64,000 nucleotides of DNA, taken from assembly GCA_965204575.1 (NCBI GenBank), contig OZ241993.1:1376001-1440000 (forward strand), in the 5' to 3' direction. The stretch is from an uncultured candidatus Porisulfidus sp. GTDB lineage: Bacteria; Pseudomonadota; Gammaproteobacteria; Poriferisulfidales; Poriferisulfidaceae. The notes under the pieces are model-generated. The model saw only the letters and a program-made list of their open reading frames with translations, did no database searches and was not told the DNA's origin. This document shows, piece by piece, positions 34,792 to 45,975 of the stretch (its first letter is position 1; each line of letters opens with the position of its first letter). A program made the position numbers and the translations under genes.

Positions 34792-35136
34792 ATGACCGAG
34801 CCGACCCTGTTCGAGAGAATCATCAACCGCGAGATCCCCGCGGATTTCGTGTACGAAGATGAGGTTTGCGTGGCGTTCCGGGACGTCAACCCTCAAGCGC
34901 CGACGCATGTACTGATCGTGCCGCGCAAGCCGCTGGACCGGGTGGCGAATGCCGAAGAGGAAGACCAGGCGATGTTGGGCCACTTGCTGCAGGTGGCGGG
35001 AAAGGTGGCCGAACAGTTGGGTTGCAAGGAAGCCTTCCGGCTGGTGATCAACAACGGTGCCGAAGTCGGACAGTCGGTCTTCCATTTGCATGTGCACCTG
35101 CTGGCTGGGCGCTCGTTCGGCTGGCCGCCCGGCTGA
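34792..35136 (+). CDS. HIT-family nucleotide-binding protein
   Basis: HLHVH triad, PQAPTHVL, C-terminal WPPG. Confidence 0.93.
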   Translation: MTEPTLFERIINREIPADFVYEDEVCVAFRDVNPQAPTHVLIVPRKPLDRVANAEEEDQAMLGHLLQVAGKVAEQLGCKEAFRLVINNGAEVGQSVFHLHVHLLAGRSFGWPPG

Positions 35137-35138
35137 GT

Positions 35139-35585
35139 ATGGAACAAGCCGCGCACTGGTACGCCATCGATTGGCGGTGCCGCCATACCTGGGGGAAATC
35201 CGCCTACAACACGATGTGGTGCCTGATCGGCTGTGCCATCGGCGATTTCGGTACGATCTTTTACTTTCAGTATTACCAGATTGAAATTTCGCCATGGCTG
35301 ATTCTGGGATTGGCCATGCTCAACGGCATCCTGACCAGTATTCTCCTGGAGACGATTCTGCTGATGCGAAGCATGCCGGCCAATCTGGCCTTGCGCACGG
35401 CGGCAGGAATGAGCTTGATCAGCATGGTGTCGATGGAAATCGCGATGAACTTGACGGACTGGCTGCTGGTCGGCAGCCTGCAGCTGCGCTGGTGGTCGCT
35501 GGTGCCGGCTCTGGCGGCCGGTTTCGTGACGCCTTGGCCTTACAACTATTGGCGGCTCAAGGCGCTGGGCCAAGCCTGTCACTGA
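35139..35585 (+). CDS. DUF4396-like membrane protein
   Basis: WCLIGCAIGD, SMVSMEIAMN, PWPYNYW motifs; four hydrophobic segments. Confidence 0.7.
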   Translation: MEQAAHWYAIDWRCRHTWGKSAYNTMWCLIGCAIGDFGTIFYFQYYQIEISPWLILGLAMLNGILTSILLETILLMRSMPANLALRTAAGMSLISMVSMEIAMNLTDWLLVGSLQLRWWSLVPALAAGFVTPWPYNYWRLKALGQACH

Positions 35586-35715
35586 GCCCATCTCACGAAA
35601 GATCGGTTATCTTTTCGCTAAGAGTGGCGGAGTTTGCGGCTGGTTTAAATAGGGCAGCCTGAAAGCTTGCAGAGTGTATGGTTCAAAGGCTTGAGGGGTG
35701 TTCCTGCGGCTTCTC

Positions 35716-36021
35716 TTACTCACCAAGCGCTCGTACGACCGCATCCGGATCGTGGGCAATGACAGTCAACAGGACCCGTGCGGCTCGGTCCGGGACGCGA
35801 CGACCTTGTTCCCAATCTTGTATCGCCCGTGCGTCCAGGCCGAATCGATTAGCAAATTTCTGCCGACTTAGTTTCAACTGCTTGCGCAGAGCCAGAACCT
35901 GATCAGCAGAGGGATCATCAACGATCCGGCACACGAGATCGATTTTGCCGCGTACATGCGAAAGAACTTCGTCTAATGCCGCTTCAGTCTCCTGACCAAT
36001 CCGGGTTCGTTCCGTTGTCAT
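35716..36021 (-). CDS. HTH antitoxin (HigA-2-like)
   Basis: LSRQKFA...DWEQGRRVPD.AARVLL. Confidence 0.85.
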   Translation of the reverse strand: MTTERTRIGQETEAALDEVLSHVRGKIDLVCRIVDDPSADQVLALRKQLKLSRQKFANRFGLDARAIQDWEQGRRVPDRAARVLLTVIAHDPDAVVRALGE

Positions 36022-36350
36022 TTTTTTACCTCCTCCTTCTTGATAGTGGCTACTAGCCGAGACAGTATTTTTCGGTCGGACGGAGTCATCTCTTCACGGC
36101 TTGCCTTGGCATAAGCGGTCAGCATGTAGATGGCTTTGGCTTTGGCATGATAAAAGTACAAGGTTCGAATCCCACCTCGTTTGCCTCGACCAGAGCCAGG
36201 CCACCGAAACTTGCGTATTCCGCCTGTCCCTCGGATGACTGGTGCTCCGATAGGGTCGGCGGCAATTGTCGTTTCCATTGCTTTCCGGGATTCTTCCGAG
36301 ACCAGTTTTCTGATGGCACGTTCATAGGTACGAGTGATGAAAAGTTCCAT
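36018..36350 (-). CDS. RelE/HigB-2-family toxin
   Basis: GTGGIRKFRW...GKRGGIR, LTAYAK; overlaps the antitoxin start. Confidence 0.87.
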   Translation of the reverse strand: MELFITRTYERAIRKLVSEESRKAMETTIAADPIGAPVIRGTGGIRKFRWPGSGRGKRGGIRTLYFYHAKAKAIYMLTAYAKASREEMTPSDRKILSRLVATIKKEEVKK

Positions 36351-36470
36351 CAACCCCATTATGCGGCATTGCCGCATATTTATCAATCCCTCTGATCGTC
36401 ACGGTCAGGTACTGGCGAAACCGTTTCGCTACCGAAGGTCTTTCAGCCTATGCGAATGGGATATTGGCGT

Positions 36471-36743
36471 TCAATATTCAGCCGCGTCTTCAGGACCGAG
36501 CGTATCAAACTCTTCTTCAATCAGCTCCAGAATCCGCTGGTTTTCACTTGACAAATCGGAGAGGGCACCAAATCCGGCCATCCATGGTGCTTCCGCTTCA
36601 CGGGTTTGGGGTTCTTGGGTGCAACGCCGGATCTGCTCCTCCAGCGCAGTCGTGAAAAACTGTTCCATGGTGAGGCCACAACTTGCGGCAATCGCTTTAA
36701 TATGCCGAAATGTGGCGTCGGGGAGTTCGACGGTCGTCTTCAT
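36471..36743 (-). CDS. Orphan RHH/VapB-like antitoxin
   Basis: MKTTVELPD N-terminus and acidic C-terminal tail; no intact partner downstream. Confidence 0.6.
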   Translation of the reverse strand: MKTTVELPDATFRHIKAIAASCGLTMEQFFTTALEEQIRRCTQEPQTREAEAPWMAGFGALSDLSSENQRILELIEEEFDTLGPEDAAEY

Positions 36744-36835
36744 TCCCCGGTTTTCCCATAGTTCGGGTCGAAGGTCAAGTCACCCCATCGGCTATAATTC
36801 GATTCTGCCTGATTTAAGGCATTTTTATGTCCCGT

Positions 36836-36912
36836 GCGCCCGTAGCTCAGTTGGATAGAGTGTGTGGCTACGAACCACAAGGTCGGGGGTTCGAATCCCT
36901 CCGGGCGCGCCA
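36836..36912 (+). tRNA. tRNA-Arg(ACG)
   Basis: GCGCCCG/CGGGCGC stem, CTACGAA loop, CCA end; TATAAT at 36793-36798. Confidence 0.96.
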
Positions 36913-36943
36913 ATTACCTGCCTGAACCGGGAAAGGGGAACCG

Positions 36944-37240
36944 ATGCAACCGATCAACTTGAACCGAGAACTGGTGCAGAAACTGATGCACGTCCTGAAC
37001 GAGCATGACGCGCAGTCCCAGGACACCCTGATTTCCGCCCAATACCTGGCGGCCGTGCTCGGCCTGCTGGTTGGCAGCATTGATCGCCCGTCCGAGGAAA
37101 AAGAAGAATTACTTAGAGAAATCAATGCGTTCAGCGGACATGTTATGAATGACATCATGAATCAGGCCCAGCAGCGGCCCGCGCCGCTGGCCGCGGACCC
37201 TTCCAAGGCGTTCGGAATCTGGAAGCCGCCGAGCGCGTAG
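36944..37240 (+). CDS. Hypothetical protein
   Basis: 98-aa ORF with purine-rich RBS filling the gap between tRNA-Arg and serS. Confidence 0.65.
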   Translation: MQPINLNRELVQKLMHVLNEHDAQSQDTLISAQYLAAVLGLLVGSIDRPSEEKEELLREINAFSGHVMNDIMNQAQQRPAPLAADPSKAFGIWKPPSA

Positions 37241-37252
37241 ACGGACGCGCAG

Positions 37253-38533
37253 ATGCTGGATCCCAAAGTCTTACGCGCTGACCCGCGCGCGGTCGCGGAT
37301 AATCTTGCGCGACGGGGCTTCACCTTCGATGCGGCCGTCTACGCCGAACTTGAGGCGGAGCGCAAGGCCGCGCAGAGCGAGGCGGAATCCCTCCAGGCAC
37401 AGCGCAACACCCTGTCGAAGCGCATCGGCGAAGCCCGAAAGCAGGGCGAGGATGCGGCTGAAATGATGTCGGAGGTGACGAGCCTGGGGGAACAGCTGGA
37501 GCATCGCCAGGCGGCACTGGCGTCGATTCGGCAGCGTCTTGACGCCTGGCTGATCGGCATGCCGAACCTGCTGGACCCGGAAGTCCCGGATGGCAGGGGC
37601 CCGCAGGACAACCTCGAATTGCGCCGCTGGGGCGAGCCTGCGGAGTTTGATTTCGAGCCACTCGATCATGTACAGCTGGGCGAGCGCTGGGGACTGCTCG
37701 ACATGCAGCGGGCTGCGGCCATGTCCGGGGCACGCTTTTCGGTGCTGCAGGGCGAACTGGCACTGTTGCACCGTGCGTTGACCCAGTTCATGCTGGATCT
37801 GCATACGCGCCAGCATGGCTACGAGGAATGCTACGTGCCGTATCTGGTGAATGCGGCCAGCCTTGAAGGGACCGGGCAATTGCCCAAGTTCCGCGCGGAC
37901 TTGTTCGCGCTCGACGGCGAGGAACATTTCCTGATCCCCACGGCCGAGGTGCCGTTGACGAACCTGCTGCGGGACACGATCCTGGAGATGTCGGAACTGC
38001 CCTGGAAGACGATCGCGCACACGCCTTGCTTCCGGGCCGAGGCGGGCTCCTACGGAATGGATACCCGAGGCTTGATCCGGCAGCATCAATTCGAAAAGGT
38101 GGAACTGGTGCTGGCCGTGCATCCGGAAGAATCGGAATCGGCGCTGGAGGAACTGACGACTCATGCGGAAGCCGTCCTGCAGGCGCTGGAGCTGCCGTAT
38201 CGGGTGGTTTCTCTGTGCGGGGGCGATATCGGCTTTGCCGCTGCGCGAACCTATGACCTGGAAGTCTGGCTGCCCAGCCAGAAGGCGTATCGCGAGATTT
38301 CCTCCTGCAGCAATTTCCGGGATTTCCAGGCGCGGCGGATCAAGGCGCGGTTCCGGCCCGGCCAAGAGCAATTGCCGCAGCCGGTACATACCCTGAACGG
38401 TTCCGGTCTAGCCGTTGGCCGCACGCTGGTGGCCGTGCTGGAGAATCACCAGGGCGAGGATGGATCGGTCCGGATCCCGGATTGCCTGGCACCCTGGATG
38501 AATGGTGTGATCCGGTTGGGTGTGGCGGAATGA
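37253..38533 (+). CDS. serS: Serine--tRNA ligase
   Basis: [42 protein letters not shown]. Confidence 0.98.
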   Translation: MLDPKVLRADPRAVADNLARRGFTFDAAVYAELEAERKAAQSEAESLQAQRNTLSKRIGEARKQGEDAAEMMSEVTSLGEQLEHRQAALASIRQRLDAWLIGMPNLLDPEVPDGRGPQDNLELRRWGEPAEFDFEPLDHVQLGERWGLLDMQRAAAMSGARFSVLQGELALLHRALTQFMLDLHTRQHGYEECYVPYLVNAASLEGTGQLPKFRADLFALDGEEHFLIPTAEVPLTNLLRDTILEMSELPWKTIAHTPCFRAEAGSYGMDTRGLIRQHQFEKVELVLAVHPEESESALEELTTHAEAVLQALELPYRVVSLCGGDIGFAAARTYDLEVWLPSQKAYREISSCSNFRDFQARRIKARFRPGQEQLPQPVHTLNGSGLAVGRTLVAVLENHQGEDGSVRIPDCLAPWMNGVIRLGVAE

Positions 38534-39033
38534 ACCCGGATGAGCCGCGCGGGAGTTTTCCCGCTTCGGGCCGAGTCGAGTGGATCGGAGTGCGTACGGG
38601 ACGCGGACAGCCGGTGATGGAACTTCGGGAAGTACAAGCGATCCAGGGTCGAGGGCTGGCCGATGACCATGCGACCCGGCGCTCGGGCGGACGGCGCCAG
38701 GTAACCCTGATGCAGTCCGAACATCTCCCCGTAATCGAGTCACTGTCGGAGCACACCCCGAAACCAGATCTGCTGCGACGCAACCTGCTGGTGTCCGGTA
38801 TCAATCTCCGGGCCTTGGTTGGGCAACGGTTCCGGGTCGGCGCGGCACTGTTCGAAGGCACTGGCGACTGTCCGCCTTGCCGTGGCATGGATGCGGCACT
38901 GGGCGCCGGTGGGAAAAATGCGATGACCGGAATGGGCGGGGTGACGGCACGCGTTCTGGAAGGCGGCCTGATCCGGGTCGGCGACCCGATCGGCCCGTAT
39001 AATCAGCGCGCCGACCCGCCGCGCCTGATCTGA
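38530..39033 (+). CDS. MOSC domain protein
   Basis: [29 protein letters not shown]. Confidence 0.85.
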   Translation: MNPDEPRGSFPASGRVEWIGVRTGRGQPVMELREVQAIQGRGLADDHATRRSGGRRQVTLMQSEHLPVIESLSEHTPKPDLLRRNLLVSGINLRALVGQRFRVGAALFEGTGDCPPCRGMDAALGAGGKNAMTGMGGVTARVLEGGLIRVGDPIGPYNQRADPPRLI

Positions 39034-39035
39034 CC

Positions 39036-39362
39036 ATGCCGATCTACGAGTACCGTTGCGAAGCCTGCGGGTATGACTTGGAGGTATTGCAGAAAGTCAG
39101 CGACGCCCCCCTGACCCGGTGCCCGCAATGCGGTGAGGAACGTTTGCGCAAGCAACTGACAGCGGCCGGATTCCGCCTCAAGGGCAGCGGCTGGTACGAG
39201 ACCGACTTCAAGGGGAAGAAACCAGGCAAGGACACGAACGGAGAGCCGGCCGCGACCAAGAAGAAGGAAGCGAAACCCGGCAAGGACAAGGCCGCCTCGG
39301 GCAAGTCCGAGGCGAAGTCATCCGACGGGAAGACCTCACAGGCCGGGGCCGCCAATGGCTGA
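39036..39362 (+). CDS. FmdB-family zinc-ribbon protein
   Basis: [12 protein letters not shown]...[18 protein letters not shown]. Confidence 0.9.
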   Translation: MPIYEYRCEACGYDLEVLQKVSDAPLTRCPQCGEERLRKQLTAAGFRLKGSGWYETDFKGKKPGKDTNGEPAATKKKEAKPGKDKAASGKSEAKSSDGKTSQAGAANG

Positions 39363-41133
39363 GGAACGCCGCTACTGCGGGGAGGTTCGGGCCGACCAGA
39401 TCGGGCAGGCGGTCCATCTGTTCGGCTGGGTCAACCGGCGTCGCGACCACGGCGGAATCATCTTCATCGACCTGCGCGACCATAGCGGGCTCGTGCAAGT
39501 CGTGGTGAACCCCGAGCAGGCCGAATTATTCGCGCTGGCCGAGCAGATACGCACTGAGTTCGTGCTGGCGGTCACGGGGCAGGTGCGGGCCCGTCCCGAA
39601 GGCACGGTCAACCCGACGCTGCCGACCGGCGAAGTGGAAGTGGTTTGCGAAGAACTGGAAATCCTGAACCCGGCCGATACCCCGCCGTACCAGCTGGACG
39701 ACGAGCAGGTGCACGAAGATCACCGCTTGCGCTACCGCTACATGGAATTGCGCCGGCCCGTGATGCAGGAGCGCCTGCGCACCCGTGCCCGGCTGGCGGC
39801 CACGGTGCGGCATTACCTGGACGAGCTGGGGTTTTTGGAAGTCGAGACGCCGATGCTGACCCGCGCGACCCCGGAGGGCGCCCGCGAGTACCTGGTGCCG
39901 AGCCGGACCCACACCGGTGCGTGCTTTGCACTTCCACAGTCCCCGCAGCTGTTCAAGCAGATGCTGATGATGGGCGGGGTGGACCGCTACTACCAGATCG
40001 TGCGTTGCTTCCGCGACGAGGACCCCCGCCAGGACCGCCAGCCGGAATTCACCCAGATCGACATCGAAACTTCGTTTCTCGAAGAGGAACACATCCTGGA
40101 ACTGATGGAGGGCCTGGCGTGCGCCATGTTCGATGCCGCGGGGATTTCCCTGCCGGATCCGTTTCCGCAATTGGCCTATGTCGAAGCCATGCGCCGGTTC
40201 GGGACCGACCGGCCGGATTTGCGGATTTCCGGCATGGAGTTCGTAGACGTGGCGGATCTCCTGACGGAGGTGGAGTTCAAGGTCTTTCGGGAGCCGGCCA
40301 ACCGCGAGGGTGCCCGGGTCGCGGCGATGCGCATCCCGGGGGCGGCAGGCATGAGCCTCGGGCAGATCGATGCCTATACCGAGGCAATCAAGCCGTACGG
40401 CGCGAAAGGGCTGGCGTACATCAAGTGCAACCAGGTCGGGCAGGGACGCGACGGCCTGCAGGCGGGATTCCTGAAGTTCCTGCATGACGAGGCGGTGGCC
40501 GGAATCCTGGAACGCACGGACGCGCAGGATGGAGACCTGATCGTGTTCGGCGCGGATCGGGCCGACATTGTCAACGCCGCGCTGTCTTTCCTGCGCGAAC
40601 GCCTGGCGGAGGACCTGGGTCTGGGAGAAGAGGGTTGGCAACCGCTCTGGGTGGTCGACTTCCCGCTGCTCGAACAAGACCCTCAGACACAGCGCTGGCT
40701 GGCGATGCATCACCCGTTCACGGCACCGGCGGTCGAGGATGTCGCGCAGTTGGAAACCGACCCGGGCGCGGTGCGGGCGCGAGCCTATGACATGGTGATC
40801 AACGGGGTGGAAGTCGGTGGGGGATCGGTTCGCATCCATCGCCCGGAGATTCAGCAGGCGGTCTTCGCGCTGCTCGGCATCGACGCCGATGAGGCGCAGG
40901 CAAAATTCGGATTCCTGCTGGATGCGCTGCGCTACGGCTGTCCGCCGCACGGCGGCATCGCATTTGGCTTCGATCGCCTGGTCATGCTCCTGACCGGTGC
41001 CGAGGCGATCCGGGACGTGATCGCATTCCCCAAGACCCAGACGGCCAATTGCCTGTTGACGGGAGCCCCCGAGATGGTGGAGATGGACCAGTTGCGCGAA
41101 CTCGGCCTCAGCCGGATCCGGAAGCGTTCATGA
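39355..41133 (+). CDS. aspS: Aspartate--tRNA ligase (probably non-discriminating)
   Basis: [34 protein letters not shown]. Confidence 0.97.
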   Translation: MAEERRYCGEVRADQIGQAVHLFGWVNRRRDHGGIIFIDLRDHSGLVQVVVNPEQAELFALAEQIRTEFVLAVTGQVRARPEGTVNPTLPTGEVEVVCEELEILNPADTPPYQLDDEQVHEDHRLRYRYMELRRPVMQERLRTRARLAATVRHYLDELGFLEVETPMLTRATPEGAREYLVPSRTHTGACFALPQSPQLFKQMLMMGGVDRYYQIVRCFRDEDPRQDRQPEFTQIDIETSFLEEEHILELMEGLACAMFDAAGISLPDPFPQLAYVEAMRRFGTDRPDLRISGMEFVDVADLLTEVEFKVFREPANREGARVAAMRIPGAAGMSLGQIDAYTEAIKPYGAKGLAYIKCNQVGQGRDGLQAGFLKFLHDEAVAGILERTDAQDGDLIVFGADRADIVNAALSFLRERLAEDLGLGEEGWQPLWVVDFPLLEQDPQTQRWLAMHHPFTAPAVEDVAQLETDPGAVRARAYDMVINGVEVGGGSVRIHRPEIQQAVFALLGIDADEAQAKFGFLLDALRYGCPPHGGIAFGFDRLVMLLTGAEAIRDVIAFPKTQTANCLLTGAPEMVEMDQLRELGLSRIRKRS

Positions 41134-41594
41134 CGGCGGAGACGCCTTCCCGCAAACGGCCGGAGTCGGTGCTGGTCGTGGTCTACAGCGAAGACTCCCA
41201 GGTGCTGATGCTGAGGCGGCACGAACCCCCGACGTTCTGGCAGTCGGTGACCGGCAGCCTGGAGTGGGGCGAACAGCCGGAACAGGCGGCGCGGCGGGAA
41301 CTGGTCGAGGAGACGGGACTGGATGCGACGGCGCTGGAAGACTGCCATGACAGCCACTTGTTCGAAATCTACGAGATCTGGCGCCACCGTTACGCCGAGG
41401 GGGTCACGGAAAACCGCGAGCATGTTTTTCGCTTGGCCGTTCCCGAAGCATGCCCGGTGACTTTGGACGCCCTGGAGCATTCGGAATACGAATGGCTGCC
41501 CCGGGTGGAGGCGGCGCAGCGTGCGTCTTCCTACACGAACCGGCAAGCAATCCTGGACCGGGTTCCGGTCGGATCGCCTCCGGGTTTATCATAG
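41130..41594 (+). CDS. nudB: Dihydroneopterin triphosphate diphosphatase
   Basis: [16 protein letters not shown], Nudix box [11 protein letters not shown]; position after aspS. Confidence 0.9.
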   Translation: MTAETPSRKRPESVLVVVYSEDSQVLMLRRHEPPTFWQSVTGSLEWGEQPEQAARRELVEETGLDATALEDCHDSHLFEIYEIWRHRYAEGVTENREHVFRLAVPEACPVTLDALEHSEYEWLPRVEAAQRASSYTNRQAILDRVPVGSPPGLS

Positions 41595-41622
41595 GCGGAG
41601 GTTGTGACGGGGCACATCGATC

Positions 41623-42363
41623 ATGGCGGGTCACAGCAAGTGGGCCAACATCCAGCACCGCAAGAAGCGGCAGGACGACAAGCGCGGGAAACTGTTCTCC
41701 AAGCTGATTCGGGAGGTGATGGTGGCGGCGAAGATCGGCGGGCCGGACCCCGCCGACAATTCCCGGCTGCGCCTGGCGGTGGACAAGGCGATGTCGGCGA
41801 ACATGCCGAAGGACACGGTGGAGCGCGCGATCAAGCGCGGCTGCGGTGATGCGGACAGCGCCGCGTACGAGGAAATCCGATACGAAGGCTACGGCCCGGG
41901 CGGGGTGGCGGTGCTGATCGACTGCCTCACCGACAACCGGAACCGCACGGTCTCCGAAGTCCGGCACACGCTGGGCAAGCACGGAGGCAGCCTGGGCAAC
42001 AGCGGTTCGGTGACGTACCTGTTTTCGGCGGTGGGGGTGTTGAGCTACGCGCCCGGCACGGACGCGGACAACCTGATGGAGCAGGCCGTGGAGACCGGGG
42101 CCGACGACTTGGTCGTGCTGGACGACGAGTCGGTGGAAGTGCTGACGCAGCCCCAGGACTTCGTGACGGTCCGGCAAGGCCTGACCGAAGCGGGGCAGGC
42201 GCCGGATCACGCCGAGGTGACGATGCGGGCGCAGACCCTGGTCGAGCTGGAAGGCGCTGAAGCGGTGAAGCTGCTGAAGCTGGTGGACGGGCTGGAGGAG
42301 TTGGATGACGTGCAGAATGTCTACACCAACGCGAGCATTCCAGATGCCCTGTATGCGGACTGA
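41623..42363 (+). CDS. yebC: YebC/PmpR family protein
   Basis: MAGHSKWANIQHRK, YEGYGPGG, DDVQNVY. Confidence 0.95.
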   Translation: MAGHSKWANIQHRKKRQDDKRGKLFSKLIREVMVAAKIGGPDPADNSRLRLAVDKAMSANMPKDTVERAIKRGCGDADSAAYEEIRYEGYGPGGVAVLIDCLTDNRNRTVSEVRHTLGKHGGSLGNSGSVTYLFSAVGVLSYAPGTDADNLMEQAVETGADDLVVLDDESVEVLTQPQDFVTVRQGLTEAGQAPDHAEVTMRAQTLVELEGAEAVKLLKLVDGLEELDDVQNVYTNASIPDALYAD

Positions 42364-42366
42364 ACC

Positions 42367-42858
42367 ATGAGGCGGATCATCGGCGTGGACCCCGGCTTGC
42401 GGCGCACCGGCTACGGCGTGATCGAGACCGACGGGTACCGCCATCGCTACCAGGCCAGCGGGCAGATTTGTCCGACGCAGGGCCCGATTCCCCAGCGACT
42501 GGGAGAATTGTTCCGGCAGCTCAGCGAAGTGCTCGAAGTCTACACGCCAGACTGTGCTGCGGTCGAGGCGTCATTCGTTGCCGCCAACGCGGGCACGGCG
42601 CTCAAGCTCGGCCAGGCGCGCGGGGCGCTGATCAGCGCCTGCGTGGTGAGCGAAATCGAGGTGTTCGAGTATTCTCCGCGCAGCATGAAGCAGGCGATCA
42701 CCGGGCGGGGCGGGGCCACCAAGGAGCAGGTCCAGTTCATGGTGCAGCGCCTGTTGGGGCTGGCCGAATCGCCGCAGGCGGACGAGGCGGATGCGCTGGG
42801 GCTGGCCCTGTGCCACGCCCACAGCCGGCTGCTGACCCCGGAGGGAGTCGCGACATGA
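42367..42858 (+). CDS. ruvC: Holliday junction resolvase
   Basis: IIGVDPG, KLGQARG, DEADAL. Confidence 0.96.
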   Translation: MRRIIGVDPGLRRTGYGVIETDGYRHRYQASGQICPTQGPIPQRLGELFRQLSEVLEVYTPDCAAVEASFVAANAGTALKLGQARGALISACVVSEIEVFEYSPRSMKQAITGRGGATKEQVQFMVQRLLGLAESPQADEADALGLALCHAHSRLLTPEGVAT

Positions 42859-43430
42859 TTGCGTACCTGCGCGGGCCCGTCACCTATCGCCAGCCTCCGG
42901 AACTGATCGTGGAGGCAGGTGGCGTGGGCTACCGGGTGCTGGCGTCGATGGCCACGTTCGACAACCTGCCGCAGGACGATTCGGAAGTGGTGCTTCCGAC
43001 CCTGCTGGTCGTGCGCGAGAACGCGCACACCCTGTTCGGCTTTGCCGACGAGGCGGAGCGCCAGCGGTTCAGCCAGCTGCTACGGATCTCCGGGGTTGGC
43101 GCCAAGACCGCGCTGGCGATCCTGTCGGCCTTGCCGGGTGCGACGCTGCGTCAGCACGTGGAGGCCGGGAACCTGGACGGACTGACCCAGGTGCCGGGAA
43201 TCGGCGAGAAGACCGCCCAGCGGTTGCTGGTCGAGTTGCAGCACATGGTGCTGAAGGCGGAAGACACCGGGGTTGGCGAAGCGGCTACGCCGCAATATGA
43301 AGCACAGCAGGGGCTGGTTCGTCTGGGCTGGAAACCGGCCGAGGCCCGGCGCATGATCGGGGCGATCGAGACGCAGGGGCTGGGGGCCGAGGACATCATC
43401 CGCGAGGCCTTGCGCGGGAGCGTGCGATGA
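42855..43430 (+). CDS. ruvA: Holliday junction branch migration protein RuvA
   Basis: [28 protein letters not shown]. Confidence 0.95.
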   Translation: MIAYLRGPVTYRQPPELIVEAGGVGYRVLASMATFDNLPQDDSEVVLPTLLVVRENAHTLFGFADEAERQRFSQLLRISGVGAKTALAILSALPGATLRQHVEAGNLDGLTQVPGIGEKTAQRLLVELQHMVLKAEDTGVGEAATPQYEAQQGLVRLGWKPAEARRMIGAIETQGLGAEDIIREALRGSVR

Positions 43431-44464
43431 GCGAGGACACGCTGCTGCAACGTGGCGCGGGACCGGGCGAGGCATCGTTGGAAAACAATATTCGCCCGCG
43501 CAAGCTGGAAGACTTCGTCGGCCAGGCGGAGTTGCGCGAACAGTTCGAGGTCTTCATCGAGGCGGCGCGACGCCGGGGGCAGCCGCTCGACCATGTGCTG
43601 GTGTTCGGCCCGCCGGGGCTCGGCAAGACGACCCTGTCGTACATCGTCGCCAACGAGATGGGCGGACAGCTGCGCCAGTCGGCCGGGCCGGTACTGGAGC
43701 GTGGCGGGGACCTGGCGGCGATCCTGACCAGCCTGCAGGAAGGCGACGTGCTGTTCATCGACGAGATCCACCGCCTGCAGCCGGCCGTGGAGGAGATCCT
43801 GTACCCGGCGCTGGAGGATTGCCGGATCGACCTGATGATCGGCGAGGGTGCGGCGGCGCGCTCGATCCAGCTCGACCTGCCGGCGTTCACGCTGGTCGGC
43901 GCGACCACCCGGGCCGGGTTGCTGACGCCGCCGCTGATGTCGCGCTTCGGCATCGTCGGCCGGCTTGATTTCTATTCCGCGGAGGAACTGGCCCGCATTG
44001 TCCGCCGCTCGGCAGACATCCTCGACATTCCGGTCGATGGCGATGGCGCGTTGGAGATCGGCCGTCGCTCGCGCGGCACGCCGCGTATCGCGAACCGTCT
44101 GCTGCGGCGGGTACAAGACTACGCAGAGGTCCGGGCAGACGGGAAGGTGACCGCTTCGGTGGCGGCGGAGGCGCTGGAGTTCATGCGCGTCGACCGCTGC
44201 GGCATCGACCGGTTGGACCGCGAGTACCTGCGCATCATCATCGAGAAGTTCAACGGCGGGCCGGTCGGCATCGACAGCCTGTCGGTGGCGGTCAACGAGG
44301 AGCGCGGGACGCTGGAGGACATGGTCGAGCCCTACCTGATTCAGTTGGGGTTCCTGATGCGGACCCCTCGAGGCCGGGTCGCCACGCCGCGGGCACGCGA
44401 GCACCTGGGGCTTGAGCCGCTGCCGGGGACCGACGAATTGCCGCTGACGGGATCGGAGGACTAA
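43427..44464 (+). CDS. ruvB: Holliday junction helicase RuvB
   Basis: [25 protein letters not shown]. Confidence 0.97.
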   Translation: MSEDTLLQRGAGPGEASLENNIRPRKLEDFVGQAELREQFEVFIEAARRRGQPLDHVLVFGPPGLGKTTLSYIVANEMGGQLRQSAGPVLERGGDLAAILTSLQEGDVLFIDEIHRLQPAVEEILYPALEDCRIDLMIGEGAAARSIQLDLPAFTLVGATTRAGLLTPPLMSRFGIVGRLDFYSAEELARIVRRSADILDIPVDGDGALEIGRRSRGTPRIANRLLRRVQDYAEVRADGKVTASVAAEALEFMRVDRCGIDRLDREYLRIIIEKFNGGPVGIDSLSVAVNEERGTLEDMVEPYLIQLGFLMRTPRGRVATPRAREHLGLEPLPGTDELPLTGSED

Positions 44465-44865
44465 TGGGGGAGGATATTCCGGTGCGGGTGTATTACGAAG
44501 ATACCGATGCGGGCGGCGTGCTCTACCATGCGGCGGTCATCCGCTACATGGATCGCGGACGGACCGAATGGCTTCGAAAACGCGGGTATACTTTGGCCTC
44601 GCTGGAGCAGGATCACCAGCGCGTGTTCGCGGTGCACAGCCTGTCCGCGCGTTACCTGCTGCCGGGCCGGTTGGACGACGAGCTGATGGTTCGCACCCGG
44701 TTGTCCGCGCGGGCCCGGCTCTCGCTGGATTTCAGTCAGGCGCTGTGGCGGGAGGACGAGTGTCTGGCCGAGGCGACCGTCAAGGTGGCGTGCCTGAGCA
44801 CGGACACCGGGTCGCCCGCACCATTGCCTCCCGACCTTTACGAGAAGTGTGAAAACAATGGTTGA
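44464..44865 (+). CDS. ybgC: Tol-pal-associated acyl-CoA thioesterase
   Basis: RVYYEDTDAGGV.YHA; position before tolQ. Confidence 0.92.
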   Translation: MGEDIPVRVYYEDTDAGGVLYHAAVIRYMDRGRTEWLRKRGYTLASLEQDHQRVFAVHSLSARYLLPGRLDDELMVRTRLSARARLSLDFSQALWREDECLAEATVKVACLSTDTGSPAPLPPDLYEKCENNG

Positions 44866-45544
44866 GTTTTCGATTCTGGAGATGTTGGGCCAGGCGTCCT
44901 TGGCCGTGCAGGGGGTCATGTTGATCCTGGTGCTGGCCTCGTTCGTCTCCTGGGTCATCATCTTCAACAAGTCGCAGATCCTGCGCCGACAGCATCAGGA
45001 AGCGATCAAGTTCGAGGACAAGTTCTGGCAGGGCATCGAGCTGGTGCAGTTCTACGACCAGATGCGACAGCGGCAGTCGCGCCCGCCGCTCGGGGACGTA
45101 TTTTGTGCCGGCTTCCGGGAATACGTGCAACTGGCCCGGAACAAGCAATTGTCGCCGGACACGATCAGCCATACGGCGGTGCGCAGCATGCGGGTGGTGC
45201 TGGCCCGGGAAGCAGAACACCTGGAGATGCATCTGCCGGTGCTGGCGACGATCGGTTCGACCAGCCCGTACATCGGATTGTTCGGGACGGTCTGGGGCAT
45301 CATCAATGCCTTCCACTCGCTGGACCCGACCCGGGGCGCCTCCATGCTGACCATGATCGCACCCGGAATTTCCGAGGCGCTGGTGGCGACCGCCCTGGGC
45401 CTGTTCGCCGCCATCCCGGCGGTCATCGCCTACAACCGGTTCACGGACCGGGTCGACAAGTTGCTGACACAGTACAGCAACTTCATTGAAGAGTTCACCA
45501 CGCTCCTGCAGCGCGAGGCTCTGGCCAACCAGGAGAAACCATGA
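44858..45544 (+). CDS. tolQ: TolQ
   Basis: SPYIGLFGTVWGI, APGISEAL, AIPAV. Confidence 0.95.
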   Translation: MVEFSILEMLGQASLAVQGVMLILVLASFVSWVIIFNKSQILRRQHQEAIKFEDKFWQGIELVQFYDQMRQRQSRPPLGDVFCAGFREYVQLARNKQLSPDTISHTAVRSMRVVLAREAEHLEMHLPVLATIGSTSPYIGLFGTVWGIINAFHSLDPTRGASMLTMIAPGISEALVATALGLFAAIPAVIAYNRFTDRVDKLLTQYSNFIEEFTTLLQREALANQEKP

Positions 45545-45975
45545 ACCCGCTGCGGACTTCGCGCCGGCACATGTCGGAAATCAACATCGTGCCGTACGTG
45601 GATGTCATGCTGGTGCTCCTCCTGATCTTCATGATCGCGACGCCGCTGATGCAGCAGGGCCTGTTGATCGAATTGCCGGAAGCGCCGTCGGAGCCGGTCG
45701 ATCCGGAACCCTACCGCGAGCCGCTGGTGCTGGAAATCAACCAGCGCGGAGAACTGCGGCTGATCCGCGAAGGGGTGTTCGTCTACGCCGTGGAGGAGGT
45801 GGACCTGCCGGGTCTGGTCGAAGGAATGATGCAGGAGGGTGGAGACGATACGCTGTACGTCCGGGCCGATGCCCGGCTCTCGTACGGTACGGTGGCGGCG
45901 ACCATCGCCCGGCTTGATCAGGCGGGAGTCCCGGCCCTGAGCCTGCTCACGCAGCCGCCGCCGGAGAGCCCATGA
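45541..45975 (+). CDS. tolR: TolR
   Basis: EINIVPYVDVMLVLLLIFM. Confidence 0.93.
   Translation: MNPLRTSRRHMSEINIVPYVDVMLVLLLIFMIATPLMQQGLLIELPEAPSEPVDPEPYREPLVLEINQRGELRLIREGVFVYAVEEVDLPGLVEGMMQEGGDDTLYVRADARLSYGTVAATIARLDQAGVPALSLLTQPPPESP

Noticed and set aside
34768-34792. holA missing after leuS-lptE
   Set aside because: Simple rearrangement; absence cannot be judged from one window
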